A stretch of 64,000 bases of DNA from Octopus bimaculoides (GCF_001194135.2 NC_068985.1:26859426-26923425); one strand, 5' to 3'. Shown: positions 36,791-52,060, counted from the stretch's first letter. Numbers and translations are program-made. Notes: generated by a model not told the origin, from the sequence alone.

Positions 36791-39286
36791 TGACCAACGT
36801 TTCTAATTTAAGCACAAAATCCAAAGTTTTGAGAGGAGGGGGTTAGTCGATGCCATCCACTCCAGTACATGACTAGTATTCTATTGACCTTGAAAGGATT
36901 AAAGGGAAAGTTGACCTCGGTGGGATTTGAACTCAGAACGTAAAGAGCCAGATCAAATACCGCAAGAGATTTTTTCTCCCGACGCCCTAGCGATTCTGCC
37001 AGTGATAATAATCATTAGCATCTCTCCTGAGACGAAGAACTGCTTATAAATATTGGTATAACTGCAACTATTACAAACCAACCATTCGCTTTTTATAGCA
37101 GTAAATTGCAGTTCAAAGAAGAAAGCACTGCGTTGTCATTGTAAGTCAGACACACTGGCCGATAAAAAGCAAATGCATTTTCTGTTGGTTGTTAATAAGA
37201 GATAAGGAACGCGTTGTATTGTTCATTAAGATTAAATCTTTTCAAAATGGCCGATTGAAAAATTAAAGATGCGCCTTACACAAAGTCAGAAGCATGAAAC
37301 GCACACACACACACACACACACATACACACACTATAATCTGAGTTACCCCCAAGGAAGAAGTTGATTAAGAAATGTAGGTCAGTCAACTGGATGTCGTGA
37401 AAAAAAGAGAAAATAAAGAGGATATTAACATTAAGGTGATTTGCATACAGGCTCTTTTAATTATTTCTTCCTGCTGTGTATAAGTAGGTGAATAAGTACA
37501 GCGAGAAACATAAACTTGATGACATCCTCCAGATATTTCTGCTCTCACGAAGTTCATCATTAACAATTTTGTTTTATGATGAAGATTTAATAATCATTTC
37601 AGGATCTCTTACAACGCTGTTAAAGCTACCATCGTAACTGCCTGTGTAACAAATTCTATTCACACTGTACATATGATAGTTTAAAAGTTAATTGTGTTGA
37701 CTTAACTTCAAAACTTTTTAAAGTTAAAATATCAGTCAGTCTCCACAAATCTTATTGCCTACAGATACTATTATTTGAAATATAAAACACTGGCGAGTCC
37801 ATCGATTTGTCCGCTCTATTATTTTACAATTAGCAAATATTGAAATGTTGAACAGGTTTTATTATATAAAAAGAAATTCGCCTTTCATACCTTTAGGGTT
37901 AATAAAATAAATGCAAGTTGAACACTGGGGCCGATATAATCGATTAACCTCTTCCTAATAAGACTTGCTGGTGTCAAAATTTGGTATCATTAATGTGAAC
38001 TGGAAGAATCGTTGGCGTGTCGGACAAAACATATTTATCTGCATTTCTTCCAGCTCTTTATGTTCTGAGTTCAAATACCTCTGATGTCAACTTGATCGTT
38101 CATTTTTTTCAGGGTCGATAAAATAAACTAACACTCCAGAAATGGGGTCGTCGTAATCGAATAACCCCCTCCCCTTAAAACTACTCGCTTTATATCAAAA
38201 TTTTAAGCAATTATATATTAGATTATAATGGGGGAGGGCAAACTCATTAGAGCATCGAGGAAAAAAAAACCTTTGTGGTATTTTCTCCATTTCTTTACAG
38301 GCTGAGTTCAAATACCGGCGAGGCTAACTTTGTCTTTCATTCCTCAACAGAATAAAAATACCAATCAAGTACTTAGGTCCATAATATTGACTGTTCCCTT
38401 CAAAATTGATGCCTTTATGCCTAAACCAGAACCTATTGTTGATAAGAAATCTAAGTAATTGTTTTAATACAGGATTGTTCTACGTCAGCATTGTAAATAT
38501 TCAGAAGACAAACCGAGTAAAAATCATGTAACAACAACAATGAAAAATACAGAAGTAGCAAGACAAGGTTTTAAGCTGTAAAGTAAAAAATGAGATATGA
38601 ACTTTTCGAACAATTTGTGTTTTGAGAAGCTAAATACACGAAGCCGAGAAATACATATATCAGAAAAAAATGTACGTCTTCATGTATGTTTATGAAACTT
38701 TTACGAGGAGAAACGTTGGCAGTGATTTCGAAGTTTCGGTTTCCTCGCCTTTGTCAAATTGACAATGGCGAGCAATCCGGAATTTCGCAGTCACTATCAA
38801 ACTTTTCCTTGTAAAAGTTTCATAAACATGTACTCTTCTAAAAAGTCTTCGGCTAAGAGACCTAGTTCCATATCAAAACATTCTTAATGGAACTGGTAGC
38901 ATTTGATAAGCAACTGTTGGTGCTCTTATGAAATATGGCATTATCTGAGATGTTGTTAAAGTACATAAACTGTTCTGAATTAATATGCTTCTTGTAAGTT
39001 CGAGTGTTAATTAGAGAAAGTTTTAACAAAATGTTGCAATATTCGCCATTTTTTAAGTATGTGCGAGACCATAAGTAGCAGAGGTTGTTGTTATGGTCTA
39101 ACCTCGATTTATTCTTGACCGAGAAGCTCTCTGATCAAAGACGTTTTAGCCATAATCATACCGCCTTTGTAAAACGTTCCAGGGATTCTCTATTTGATGT
39201 TCCTGGACTGAACACACGCAATCACATGTATATGTAGAATACACACACACATACATATATATGTATATATACATACATACATACAT

Positions 39287-39330
<44 letters not shown>

Positions 39331-41939
39331 NNNNNNNNNNNNNNNNNNNNNNNNNNNNNNNNNNNNNNNNNNNNNNNNNNNNNNNNNNNNNNNNNNNNNN
39401 NNNNNNNNNNNNNNNNNNNNNNNNNNNNNNNNNNNNNNNNNNNNNNNNNNNNNNNNNNNNNNNNNNNNNNNNNNNNNNNNNNNNNNNNNNNNNNNNNNNN
39501 NNNNNNNNNNNNNNNNNNNNNNNNNNNNNNNNNNNNNNNNNNNNNNNNNNNNNNNNCGGTAATAAATTAGTATGTAATTTTCTCTGATCAATTTGTTTTC
39601 TGAACCAGGAGTGCCAAAATTGGGATGATTTTGCTCCCAGGGGGTAAATTTGTTGATTCTAGATGTGCGCATGTTTTTTCAATTATAAACTTTTTTAAAA
39701 TCTGAAGTTGAGTAGAAAACTTGAAGTAGAGCTCGTTTGTGAAAATATATATATTTTTTTCTGTCTACTTCTTTATATTGCATACTTTTTAATTATTCTT
39801 CTAAAAGAATAGTCTCATTCAGAAGACTGCGTGTGAATGAAATAACGATGTTATGTGCTATTTTTATTGTTATTTGAACTTAAAATAATAATGTTTAAAG
39901 ACAGTATTTCAAATTTCCTCTTTGTCGGTTGTTTTATTGTGGTAGAAGCACAAACTCAAATTACCGAATAAAACAGTGTGGGGGTAAAATTACTTTCAAA
40001 AAGTTGCCAGGGAAAATTGAACGGAAAATTATGGGAGCCTTTGCTTTAAACCATGCTAAATTATGACCCCCTACTCGTGCCCAATATTTTAAAGCAGTCT
40101 AATGATTATGTCATCACTGCTTCAGTTTGTACAGTGAAGTCTTAATAGGTGGTCTAATAAGACGGAAACACGCCCGGAATTGTCTCCCGTACTTACCGGA
40201 ATCATTAAGATAACAATAGTAATTTATTCTGCATTTTCATCACAGTATAATTATTTTTGATTAGCTTTTTAATACTCACTGTATTTAATATGGTAACGCT
40301 AATATGAGTAAGATATATTTGCACTATATTTCAGTAACTAGAACCGTTCATACGCCATTTAGACATCGAAAGAATGCTCGTTAATCAATGAACACTAAGT
40401 TTGCAGTAGGTAATTCTTTTTGAACATTTTCGAAGAGCAGAATAATGATATTCTTTGTAGAATACAATGGACATAAGGTACTAAACCTTACTTAGACATT
40501 AAATATCCGGAGCTGATCAATACTGTCCAATCAATTCCCATGAACTATTCTACGTTCTAATAAATTAACTAAGACATGACTTCAGCCTTTATGTATGTAC
40601 CCGTCCATTGTTAACGTATTGCAGCCATACACTAAAAGAGTTTGTGCTTTTTGGTTCGATAGACTTTGACAAATTTTCTTATTCAAAGAAATTTCAAGAG
40701 GAAATGGAATCAGTACAAATACTGTGTTGCCGAGACTAGTCTCGAGTAACCCTTGGCAATCACGGATTATCAACGCAGACTGAGAACCTAGTTACATAAA
40801 ATATATGACGAATGATTTCTATTAAAAACAACCAATATAAGCCAATGAAAGTTGTGTTTCAAATTTCAAAGCTTTTCATTGCAATAGAGGATGGTTATTT
40901 AGGAAGTCATGATGTTAAAAATAATATATTGAACTGACGATAAGTAAATAGGAGAAAAAATAATGTGGGAGAGATATACTCACACATATTGTAATTTCAT
41001 AAAAACTAAGATTAAAAGTTTGTGAAACAAAATTATTCAATGAAAGTTTGCTACGAAGTTAAAATTAGTTTCCACGGTAAAAGGCGCAATTTGAGTATTC
41101 ATGGAGAACTTTTGGAGTGTACTGGGTGTAACTGAGAAACCGTACGTATGTCGATATACAGGAAATAATTGATAAGTAACGTCTGTTCAATTCAGCTCTT
41201 AGGTTCCTTTTTTTTTTTTTTTCATCTTTATGTCTGATGAGATCGAAGGAAGTAATCTGGGATCGTAACAAGGAAGGATTGAACGTGATTAGTGCAGTCA
41301 GTATGAATCCTGATGAGACAGACTGGGAAAAACCAGGGTAGGTTTGGCACAAGGGTCAGTTATTCTCACAATAAAGAATTTCGTGTAATATTTGTTGTAG
41401 GTTCCTGAGAAATGAATAACTCATTATAACCCTACATCCAACGACACTATTTTTCCTAAAGTATATTAGACTGATAGGATTAGAAACGGAAGTTATTCAG
41501 TGTGTATGAATAATTCAAAAGCTAGTCATAAATGTAAGTTTGGTACAGTGATTTTTATTCACACTTAAACACGCACGCACGCACACACACACCCCCTACA
41601 CACACACACACACACACACTACAGACTTCTGTTACGGACTGGAGAACGTACTCCGACTTTTAAAATATAACACTTGAAGCAATAAAATCCAATACGGAAT
41701 TTCCATAATAATAAGTCCAGAAAATCTCATTATCGCCGTGATTCTTTCAATCAGGACACAGTTCTTTGAATGAGCCCGTTTTAGACGAATGTGGATTTTG
41801 TCACGTAAAATATAATTTCTTCAGTTTTGCTCATCTAGTTCAAACTACTTTTGAGTAGCTCAACATCAGCCTTTAAAAATACACACATACTAAAAGGTAC
41901 ACAGATACATAAACAATTTTAATGCAAAACCCTTATATT

Positions 41940-42138
41940 CATTATGTACATTATTTACATTTGACGGATATTTATCCTCATCTTGTTTATTGTTAACACA
42001 ACGTTTCGGCTGACGTACTCTCCAGTCTTCATCGGGTGTCCTGGGGGAATTTCGAACCCGGATTCTCATACCTAAGGTATTTTCCCGATATCATTATTAT
42101 TATTCAGGTCACTGCATGGAATCGAACTCGGGCAGTGA

Positions 42139-42200
<62 letters not shown>
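41940..42200 (-). mobile_element. Second, more decayed copy of the tRNA-head/hammerhead element
   Basis: Same tail and ribozyme region (41995-42040: GACAC-CCGAUGA-A-GACUG...CAGCC-GAAA-CGUU-GUGUU). Inversion centre at 42093-42154 (attattattattcaggtcactgc / gcagtgacctgaataataataat). Confidence 0.75.
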
Positions 42201-44554
42201 TCAAAGATCATGAAGAAATAAAATGCTTTCTAATTGATGTNNNNNNNNNNNNNNNNNNNNNNNNNNNNNNNNNNNNNNNNNNNNNNNNNNNNNNNNNNNN
42301 NNNNNNNNNNNNNNNNNNNNNNNNNNNNNNNNNNNNNNNNNNNNNNNNNNNNNNNNNNNNNNNNNNNNNNNNNNNNNNNNNNNNNNNNNNNNNNNNNNNN
42401 NNNNNNNNNNNNNNNNNNNNNNNNNNNNNNNNNNNNNNNNNNNNNNNNNNNNNNNNNNNNNNNNNNNNNNNNNNNNNNNNNNNNNNNNNNNNNNNNNNNN
42501 NNNNNNNNNNNNNNNNNNNNNNNNNNNNNNNNNNNNNNNNNNNNNNNNNNNNNNNNNNNNNNNNNNNNNNNNNNNNNNNNNNNNNNNNNNNNNNNNNNNN
42601 NNNNNNNNNNNNNNNNNNNNNNNNNNNNNNNNNNNNNNNNNNNNNNNNNNNNNNNNNNNNNNNNNNNNNNNNNNNNNNNNNNNNNNNNNNNNNNNNNNNN
42701 NNNNNNNNNNNNNNNNNNNNNNNNNNNNNNNNNNNNNNNNNNNNNNNNNNNNNNNNNNNNNNNNNNNNNNNNNNNNNNNNNNNNNNNNNNNNNNNNNNNN
42801 NNNNNNNNNNNNNNNNNNNNNNNNNNNNNNNNTTTTTTATGAAGCTGTACATACATGTAAAACTAACATCTACATTATAAAACAAGTAATTGTATCATTA
42901 TCATCACCACCAGTTACTGGTCAGCACTTCTTACTCGCGAAGAGGATTGAACTACACATTTCAGATAAACCTTCATTTGTATCAAACTAATCATCTCAAC
43001 CTGTCAACCAAACAATGTGTGCGCTTGTGTAGACATTAAATATCCGGAGCTAACCAATACTAATCCAATCAATTCTCATTAGTTATTTCATCTTCTGATA
43101 AATTTACTGTGCCATTTCATTAAACACCATGCTGTCACCATTTATTCCAGTCCAGTGTCAACATGATGCTGCCACACACTAAAAACTGCTTGCACTTTGG
43201 TGTCGATAAACGTTGACAGATTGTCATGCTTAGAGAAACTAAAAGTCCTTATATTTTATATGAATCGGGTTTTGTTGTAGGTATGATTGGTGTGGAGTAC
43301 TAGAAGTGATGCAAGGCATCAAGTATTACACTACGTGTTGTTAATTAGACCTGGTCCTATTCAGCTGACAGGGGTTCTGTCCGGCACCACTCCATTCTTT
43401 TTTTTTTTTTCAGATATAATGCATCTAGTATTACCTTATCTAAGGTATCCGTTTTTAAAAAAAAATTTGTCTTCTTTTTGTGACGACAGTGTACAGTTCG
43501 AAGACGATTTGTCTGCTTTACCAGCAGGTTGAGAACCATGCAGAGCAGGACTGGAGAACCTTTCAGATATCAAAAGTTCATTGCAAGTGTTAACATTCAG
43601 GTAACGTGAGAAAAAAAAATGATAATTAATTTTACAGATTGCATTTGTGTCAGGATAGGCAACACTAATTAAAATGTTACAAATCATTAACTACATTCTT
43701 ATAATGAATTAAATACCGAAACACCAAAGATTGTACTTATTATAAACTGTCACTGAATTAGTATTAGCCATTGCAAAATGGGTTGGTTTTGACCACTCTA
43801 CAATGTTGATTTGACATCTTAAACCCACCGCCATCACCACCACCACCACCACCACCAAAACAGGAAACTGAATCGTAAATTTTGCAAATATTCATAATTT
43901 ATGAACTAAATTTGTAAGGAAACCATCCTCAAACATAGTAGACAGACATTACTCAAGAAACACCGAAATGGAATTGTCGACATTCGAAATGAGATGCTTT
44001 TGTCTGTTATTATGGGGAAGGATTAGCGGACTAACGACCAATGAGTCTTAAAACAACTTAATGGTTTGGTTAGGAAGAAAGAAAGACTCATAGAAATATC
44101 AATGCAAAGCGGTCAACTCAGTAGAAAGAAAGGATGATTTGCAAATATAATCATGCTTGGAAAAAGAAAAGAATGAAGAAGAATAGACTGGTTCAATATT
44201 AATCATTGACTGAGATAACATCGAAATGCGTAAGATCGAGAACGGTGGAATCGATACGTGAAAAAAAAAAGAAAAAAAATTCAAACGAATTCAAGTGCTC
44301 TAATGGCAGAAATTCTATGTCAACGACCCGACTTGATACGATAAGGAAAGCAATGTCAATTAGGATAGAATGAATATTCGCAAAAGAGATTTTATTGGTA
44401 AACAAATAAAGGCTAATTAATTGGCTGTAATATGATTTGGCCATCATCAGTTCGTACGTATTGCAACACATGACTGATGTCACAAAATAAGCATTACACC
44501 TGCGTATGTCTTATAGGGTGTTAAAAGCAACTTGAAGATTTGAAGCCTGCGAGC

Positions 44555-44765
44555 TTAGCGGACTCGTTAGCATGTCAGACAAAATGCTTTGCGGTATTAC
44601 TTTCAGGTCTTTACGTTCTGGGCTCAAATTCCACCGAAGTCGACCGTCTGTCATCCTTTCGGTGTCGATGATATACATACCAGTCAAGTACTGTTGTCGA
44701 TGTAATTGACTTAACCCATCCCTCAAAAGGGCTAGCCTTGTGCTAAAATTACAAAGACTTATATT
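44555..44765 (+). mobile_element. tRNA-derived SINE (family B), diverged copy
   Basis: ...tcgttagcatgtcagacaaaatgctttgcggtatt...acgttctgggctcaaattccaccgaagtcgac...tcatcctttcgg... aligns by eye with the copies at 55724 and 63689. Confidence 0.75.
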
Positions 44766-46265
44766 ACAGATTTGATCTGGCTTAAACAGTTTTCTTTTTA
44801 ATAGATCTTTTGAGAAGGACATCAGCGGGCAGTTTTAAATTTGAATGTGGGTAAAATTTTGTCAGAGGCGAGAAACTGCCCATCCTTAACGTAGAGCTCA
44901 TTGGCTTGCAAAATTTGAGGAAGGTTTGGCTGAAGAGAGAACATTTCTTTGTGAATAATCGTAATATTTCATTACGTAAACCAGAAATATTTTTTCTTTA
45001 CATAAGAATTCTTGAGTTTCACGGGATTCAGGAAAGAGGAAATTAAAACGCCAATAGTGTCATTAAGTGCATTATTGACATTAGTGAACTGATTTGCTTC
45101 CTATTGGTAACAGAAAGGGAAAGACTTATAAGGCTGTAAGGTTGCATTTTATGTCTATTATCATTAAAAAAAATAGTGAATTCCTCGCCAGCTGAGTGCA
45201 AAGTATCGACTTCTTTGTGTTCTATTTTGATATGATTCACGTTACAATTTATAAGTTTACTGCTGTCACCCAAATGTTAACCAGTCTGAATAAGTTGAAA
45301 GGTGATTTACAGTATATCATCATACGCAAAAAAAAAGAAGAAAAGAAAACAATCATAATTAAGCGAAATTTACCTCTCAGTTAGAGAAAGAAAGCAAATA
45401 TCTAGCGGCATTTGTTAGCAGTTCTGAAAGAAAAGGGGAGAGAACTTTTTAAATAATCAAAAATTAATTTCTCAAAGTTGATTTACATGCTTGGAGGAAG
45501 TAAAGTATGATCTTTGCCACACATGATCATGCTTTCCTTTAGAAAATGAACGATCAATTCCTCAAAGTCAACTTAATGCTTGACAGAGCATTGTAGAGAA
45601 AGATCATATTTTCTTCCCCAAAGCATGCAAATAACTTTGAGAGATTAATTCTTAATTTCTAGAAATTATCTTCCCTTTTTCTTTGACAGCCCCAAATAAT
45701 TGCTGCTACATTTTGTTTACTCATCTCCAATTCAGTGGAAAATTTCAATTAATCAAGAGTATTTTGTATCTGGCATTCTGTATATCAGCACTTCAACTAC
45801 TTATCCAAATTCACTCTCTTGTTTTCCCTTAGCTCATTTTATTTAATTTTGTTTTTGTTTTTATAGGTATCCAGTGTAGCTTGAATGAGAATATATTGGC
45901 ATCGTCCATAGAATGTTCATTTAACACTAAATTCTCTCTCTCACTTTCCCTTTTTCTCTCTCCATTTACTCTAGTGCCTACTTCCTCCTCTTTTTTAGTC
46001 ATTCATTAATTTACCCATCTCCTCTCTTTTGTGGTTTGATTTTCGTTACAAAGAATTCTCGACTGCTCTACCATTTTTTTTTCTATTATTTCCAATCAAA
46101 TATATTTTGAGAATTCGGTAAATTATTAATTGCATATGGTGTCTGCTATTTCTCCTGATATTGTATTGTTGTTTTGCCAACAATATCGATTAGAACTTAC
46201 ACGTAAGGGTAGGACGTTAGCAAAAGATAATTATTTGATGGGTTGTTTTAGCTGGGAGTAGTCTC

Positions 46266-46311
<46 letters not shown>

Positions 46312-47199
46312 CGCGCGAACTATGCACAGAGAGAAAAGTCAGACCGGTAAACTGAAATAGTAATTACAAGCGAAGCATGAATGAAAGCATCAAAGTAATT
46401 ATCTNNNNNNNNNNCCGATCTTGTATCAGAGAAAAAAAAAAAATTTAGTAAACACCCCCATCCTTCCACTTCTATTTCATCTCCTTTCTTATTTTCATTT
46501 CCTTATTTTACTTTTTCATCGTCACTTCTATTTCAACTGACACCTCCTCCATCATTTTCTACAACTTCCTCAAGGTCATTAAGCTTATTATCCCAAATGT
46601 TACTGCCAGCATCCTGTTGAACCCTAAGGCATATACACAACGTGGGGTCTTAATTACTAGTCTAGTGTTTCCTAAAGTGAGTTCTGTGGGATCCCAGGGT
46701 TCCACAACCAAATTTCTTGGGTTCTGTGATGTAAGATATCATTGAATAAAATGTGATAAAAAATTTGTTGCATTTAAACAATGATATTCAGCAATTTCAG
46801 AATAATAATTGTGTGATTAAGAAGATCATTTTCTAACCACCTGATTTCAGGTTCAGTCCCACTGCGCGACATCTTGGGCAAGTGTCTTCTACTAAAGCCC
46901 CGGGACGACCAATTTCTTATGAGTGAGTATGGTAGGCGGAAACTGTGCGGAAGTCCACCATGTGTATGTATATGTGTGCACGCGTGTCTTTGTATTTGTC
47001 CATCACTGCTTGACAACCGGTTTGGTTCGTTTTGTTACTCCTAGCTTAGCAGTTCGGCAAAAGAGCCTCAAGAAAAAGATAGCTGTTGACTCTACTGAAT
47101 ACATCTGTCCCATGGCGGGTCTTGTTTTTCATCCTCCAAGGTGGCTTGATGGTGTTATCCATTTATATACACACACACACACATTTCTCAGTATTTCTT

Positions 47200-47240
<41 letters not shown>

Positions 47241-50200
47241 AAGAGACGCAGAGAATTCATAACTAAATAGCAAAGATAATTATAAAAGTATAAAAAAAAA
47301 ATTGTAACAAAATAGATTTAAATGTTCTATATCATTTAAATGCTAACAGGACTTCCGGATCACCTGGTAGATTGTTCCTGGCATTTATTAATCTTCAGGA
47401 TTGCAGGATAATTGATAACTACAGCCTCATCCCTTAATGCTAACACGGAGGTCACTATTCTTCAACAACTACATCTTCCTGATATAAGCTAGAAGAGCAC
47501 ACACTTGCGGGTGGTACTTTTATTTTATCGATTTCGGAAGGATTGGAAGTAAAGTGAGCAAACATAGGTGAAATTAGAACTCAGATTTTAAAAAGATGCA
47601 GCTATATAACACAACGCATATTTGTCCTCCACTCTAATATTGTTTTCAAATTTGGGTACAACTCCACCAATTTCGGGGGAGGGTCTAGTCGATTACATCG
47701 ACCCCACTGTCCAACTGGTAATACTTTGAGCCCGAAAGGATGGAAGGCAAAGTCGATATCTGCCAGCTCACCACCTTGTTCGCCAATCTAATATTAGCAC
47801 AACGGAAAAGCGGCGAACCGGCAGAATCGTTAGCACGCCACGCAAAATATTTAGCCGCATTTCGTCCATCTTTACGTTCTGAGTTCAAATTCCGCCGTTG
47901 TTGACTTTGCTTTCCATCATACGGTCAAATCACCTCATATATTTTATCTTGTATTTATTTCATCAATCCAGAAAGACAAATACAAATCCAACGGGATTTA
48001 ATCAATTTCAATGAGCAGTGTTTTGAAAAAAGAAGGGAAAAAATGACATTTCGTAAAATAATCCCGATGACAATTATTTCATTATTTTTTTCACGAACAA
48101 ACATACAGACACATGTCTACAGGTCGGCACATGACGCACTAGGATGTCTGCACTGATTTTCCACAGACTAACACATTATTACCTCACACTCCCAGTTGCA
48201 TTGTCATGACAAGTTTTTAGAAAATGTGTCGGATGTAATCGTCTTAGTATCGACTTACTAAAAAAACTCTACAAATGGTAGAGTTCTCTCGTCATTCTTG
48301 CACACATAAGCAATAAGGGTGGCAGATTAGCAGAATCGTTAGCGTGTCGAATAAACAGCTTTGAATATCTTGTTATTTACATTCTGAGTTCAATTTTACT
48401 TTTCATCCTTTAGAATTGCCAAATTAAAGTACCAGTTAAGTACCGACTAAACTGATACTTCATTTTAGTCCTATCAACAATAGTTTCTGTTCCTTGAGAT
48501 TTATTAGAAATATTGGTATAAATAAAAAAGTATCGACTAACATTCTCCCCCAAATTTCGAACCTTACACCTGTTCTAGAAACATTACTACTAACATAAGA
48601 GTTGTGTGTTGATAGAATCATAAGAGCGTTGAACAAAATGTCCTGTGTTATCCGGCTATTTCTGTTCTAGGTTCCTATCCCATCGAGGTCTAATTTGTCT
48701 TTTCTCCTTCCGTGGTCGATTAAATAAGGTGCAAGTCAATGGTGGTAGATTAACAGAAGCGTTAGAGCGTTGTACAAAATGACGTGTGATATTTGAAAAG
48801 TCTTTTTACATTGTAAGTTTACTAGCGACTACACTGTTACCAAGCTATATCAGTCCTTGACTGTCTACTGGACAACATCAGTGACGTTGAAACGGGACAC
48901 TTGCTGTATGGGCAACTGCTAGTCGTCTATTAAAAGCCTAGTCAAGGCCTTCCTCCTGGAGACGGAGGATAGTTCCAACATTTGATGGTCAAGCCTATCA
49001 GACGCAAGCCTTAATAGCACAGCCACTAAAAGATTTGACAAGTTGATAGTTAAGAACCTACTATTGGGAATAACCACAACTTTATAGGGTAGGAAACTAG
49101 ATTGGCCTAGAGTAAAAGTAAGTTTGGAAAGTTGAACGGAATAAGGAATAAACTGATGAATAATCTGTAAAGTAAATACTTAAGGTAGGTTTCAGTATAG
49201 GTAGTATTTAGTTAGTGAAGCGATGAATGAAATGCGTGAAGACTTTGTGATTGGCAACCCTAACAAAAGATTTCATTATATGAATTCAATGGAGGAAAAT
49301 ATCGCCTGAGGCGGTAGATATGTAAATCAATATTTCCATCTAAATTGATAGGTTTATTGATGTTCTAGTTCTTTGGCTAACGGGTAAAATGAACATCTTG
49401 ACAGTCATGGAAGTATTAAAAAAGGTGTATCGATTGTGAGACATACCAGAAAAGCTAGTAGTTCACTTTCTGCATATATCAACCAAAGGAAGTGCCATAG
49501 ACTAAATATTTCGCCTAATTTATACTTTCCCTCGAGGCAGAGAAACTGACATGTAGCAAAGAATAATAGCACCTACTGTTTGACCGATATTGGATAAAAT
49601 TATTTCGGATAAACACTATATGTTAAGTTGGCAAAAAGAACCTAACAAAAACTTTTATAATCGAAATTATTCTTTAGATTCCGAAGAAATTAATAATTGT
49701 ACGAGTATGAGTGATTTGAAGATATTAGATGGGAAAGTTTGATATGCTGTAAGAGGGAAGAGGTGCGTGAGTAATGATTTCAGTTGCTCTCCTTCACCTG
49801 GTGGAGACTCAGCAAAAAGTATTAATAACAGCGGCGACATTTACAGCTTTGATGAGAAACTGTAGGCGTTCAGGGTTGAAATTGATTTCTAACATAGACA
49901 CAAGGCTTCAAATTTTGGGAATGGATCTTGTCAATTAAGATCGAGGATAATTGTGGACTAATGCTAATTTTATTGACCCCTTAGGTTGAAAACTTAACTT
50001 TAGCCTTGGCGGGATTCGATGTCAGAACGTGAAGAAGCCTTAAAGCATATATCGAAAATATTTTAATCATTTTTGGTTTGAATTCTTTTCGTTAAAACCC
50101 AAAATTAGAGCTTAAATCGGAGTTCTTTAGTTGCATGGCGATCGCGATTTTGATGCTAATTTCAATGTCTTTAAATTCACTGTAGCCGATATCATTTACA

Positions 50201-50759
50201 GAAAACTTTATGGAATTTTTATAGAATAACGAAGGAAAATTATTTACTTGAGATTCAATACAACAAAAGAATTAACAAATTTTATAGTTTGAAAACATAT
50301 TTGTTGTGATAAAGAATCTCGGAGAAATGGTCGAGTGAGAGTACGTATTCAGTAAGCAGATATTAGTTAATTATAACATTCCTTTGCAGCAAAATATTTA
50401 TGCATGTTATTATGTAGACGGAAAAAAAAGAGAACAAAAGGTACCAGCGATAGATCGGGGTTTGCGGGGTCGGGGCGTGGCCTGATCATCGCTTCATCTG
50501 TGTCGTTCTTTTTGTTTTGTTAATATCATTCGATTTTTATATATTATTTTATTCAAATTTTAAAGTCACTTTTATGTATAACCATATCGGACTAGTGATC
50601 CCAATCAGTTGTATTGTACATTCTGTGTTTAGTCCCCGGTGGGTAATAAAGAAATTGCATGTTATTATGTAGGCTTATGTCAGGTTATTATGTAGGCCTA
50701 TGGAAGCAGGTATGCCACCAAATAGTCGGTACGACTCTATAATTGAATTTTCACTTATC

Positions 50760-51202
50760 CAACGCCCTGCTTAAGAACTATAATGCACTCTATTACACGC
50801 AACGGTCAATTTTATGATTACAGCGTAATAATCTGGACATGCTGTATTCTCTTTACTGTTCAGCTTACTTTTGTACGCCCGTCGATTCTTGGTGGTGGTC
50901 ACAAAGAGGAAGATGAAGTAAACTCGATCAGAGCGCGGTAATTGCTATCCACTTTCATTTATTGCAATGGTGATTAGGATTTGTGATACTCTTGATGCTG
51001 TAGCTACTTCTGTGTTGCCCGCATATTTTAGGAGAGGAGGAGGTAGACTGGGACAGATTAGCGTTTTTAGGATGCTGTTGTAGTAGCGTTCCAGGACATT
51101 GAATACAAGCATGAGTGTCTGAGATGATTTATGCTGTAGAACAACCAAAGGTCACTGCCTCGATAACAAATTGTGCTTCTTACATGTCCGGTTGATAATC
51201 TT

Positions 51203-51239
<37 letters not shown>

Positions 51240-52060
51240 CATTTTATAGGTAATCCGTGTACAGCCTACGATGATGCCTTACACGCTGTTTTGTGTATTT
51301 GCTGTCTATTGGAGTTTGATGAGAGCGAAGTTGGTCCGGCGCAACCTATGATGACGCTAACATATTGTTTTTACAGTATAATTACTTCTTTCCGTTGGTC
51401 AAGTGTGATTCCAGTGAATGCTTTAAGTATGGTCATTTGTTTGTTCCCTTTATTATGCATTCTAAACGTATTTTGACTGTTGTGAGTAAGGCATATTCTA
51501 AGTACCTACTAGGCATTTTTATCTTCTGTTAATGTGTGTTATACGTTTATGCTAAGTGTGATGGATATAAGGATAAATGGTTGTTTTTTGTTGTTGTTTT
51601 TTTCTGTTCTGCAGTGTTTCTGGCATGAAGGGAGTCAATGGATTTTGTGGATGCCACTTTAAACCTTTTGTTTTAGAACCAGTTTTTAGGTGGTTGTTGT
51701 AGAATTAGAATAGTTGTTCAACCATGTCTGAAGAAGTAGTTGTGAGTAATGACGAAATGTGGGAATTGTAACATATATCGAAAAGAGGGAGTGAAATCCA
51801 TATGGAAACGTTTTTGTATACCGCTTGGGTTTGGCAGGTAGTGTACTTCCCAGTGTTGTGTGGTTTTTTTTTTTTTTTTAATAGTGTTGGCGAGTTTGTG
51901 TATAAAAGCGAGAAATGGAGTCAAAAGCTTTGTTGATATGCATGGTTGTTAGGAAGACGCGTGTGGGAGGTTTTTGTTGTTGTTGAAACCTTCATGTATT
52001 GTTTGTGCTAATTCAGTGTGGTTGTTGAACGTGGCAGTCTGAAATATTGATTTATTTGCT
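50760..52060 (-). mobile_element. Decayed I/R1/Nimb-like LINE pol remnant (RT, post-RT and CCHC region)
   Basis: Minus translations: ELAQTIHEGFNNNK..PPTRVFLTTMHINKAFDSI (RT 'DxSKAFD' region), NKQMTILKAFTGITLDQRKEVIIL*KQY ('LKAL.GT.WG..KE..I.TYKQ' like) and LPRSDRVY...TACPD. Many stops and frameshifts. Confidence 0.6.
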
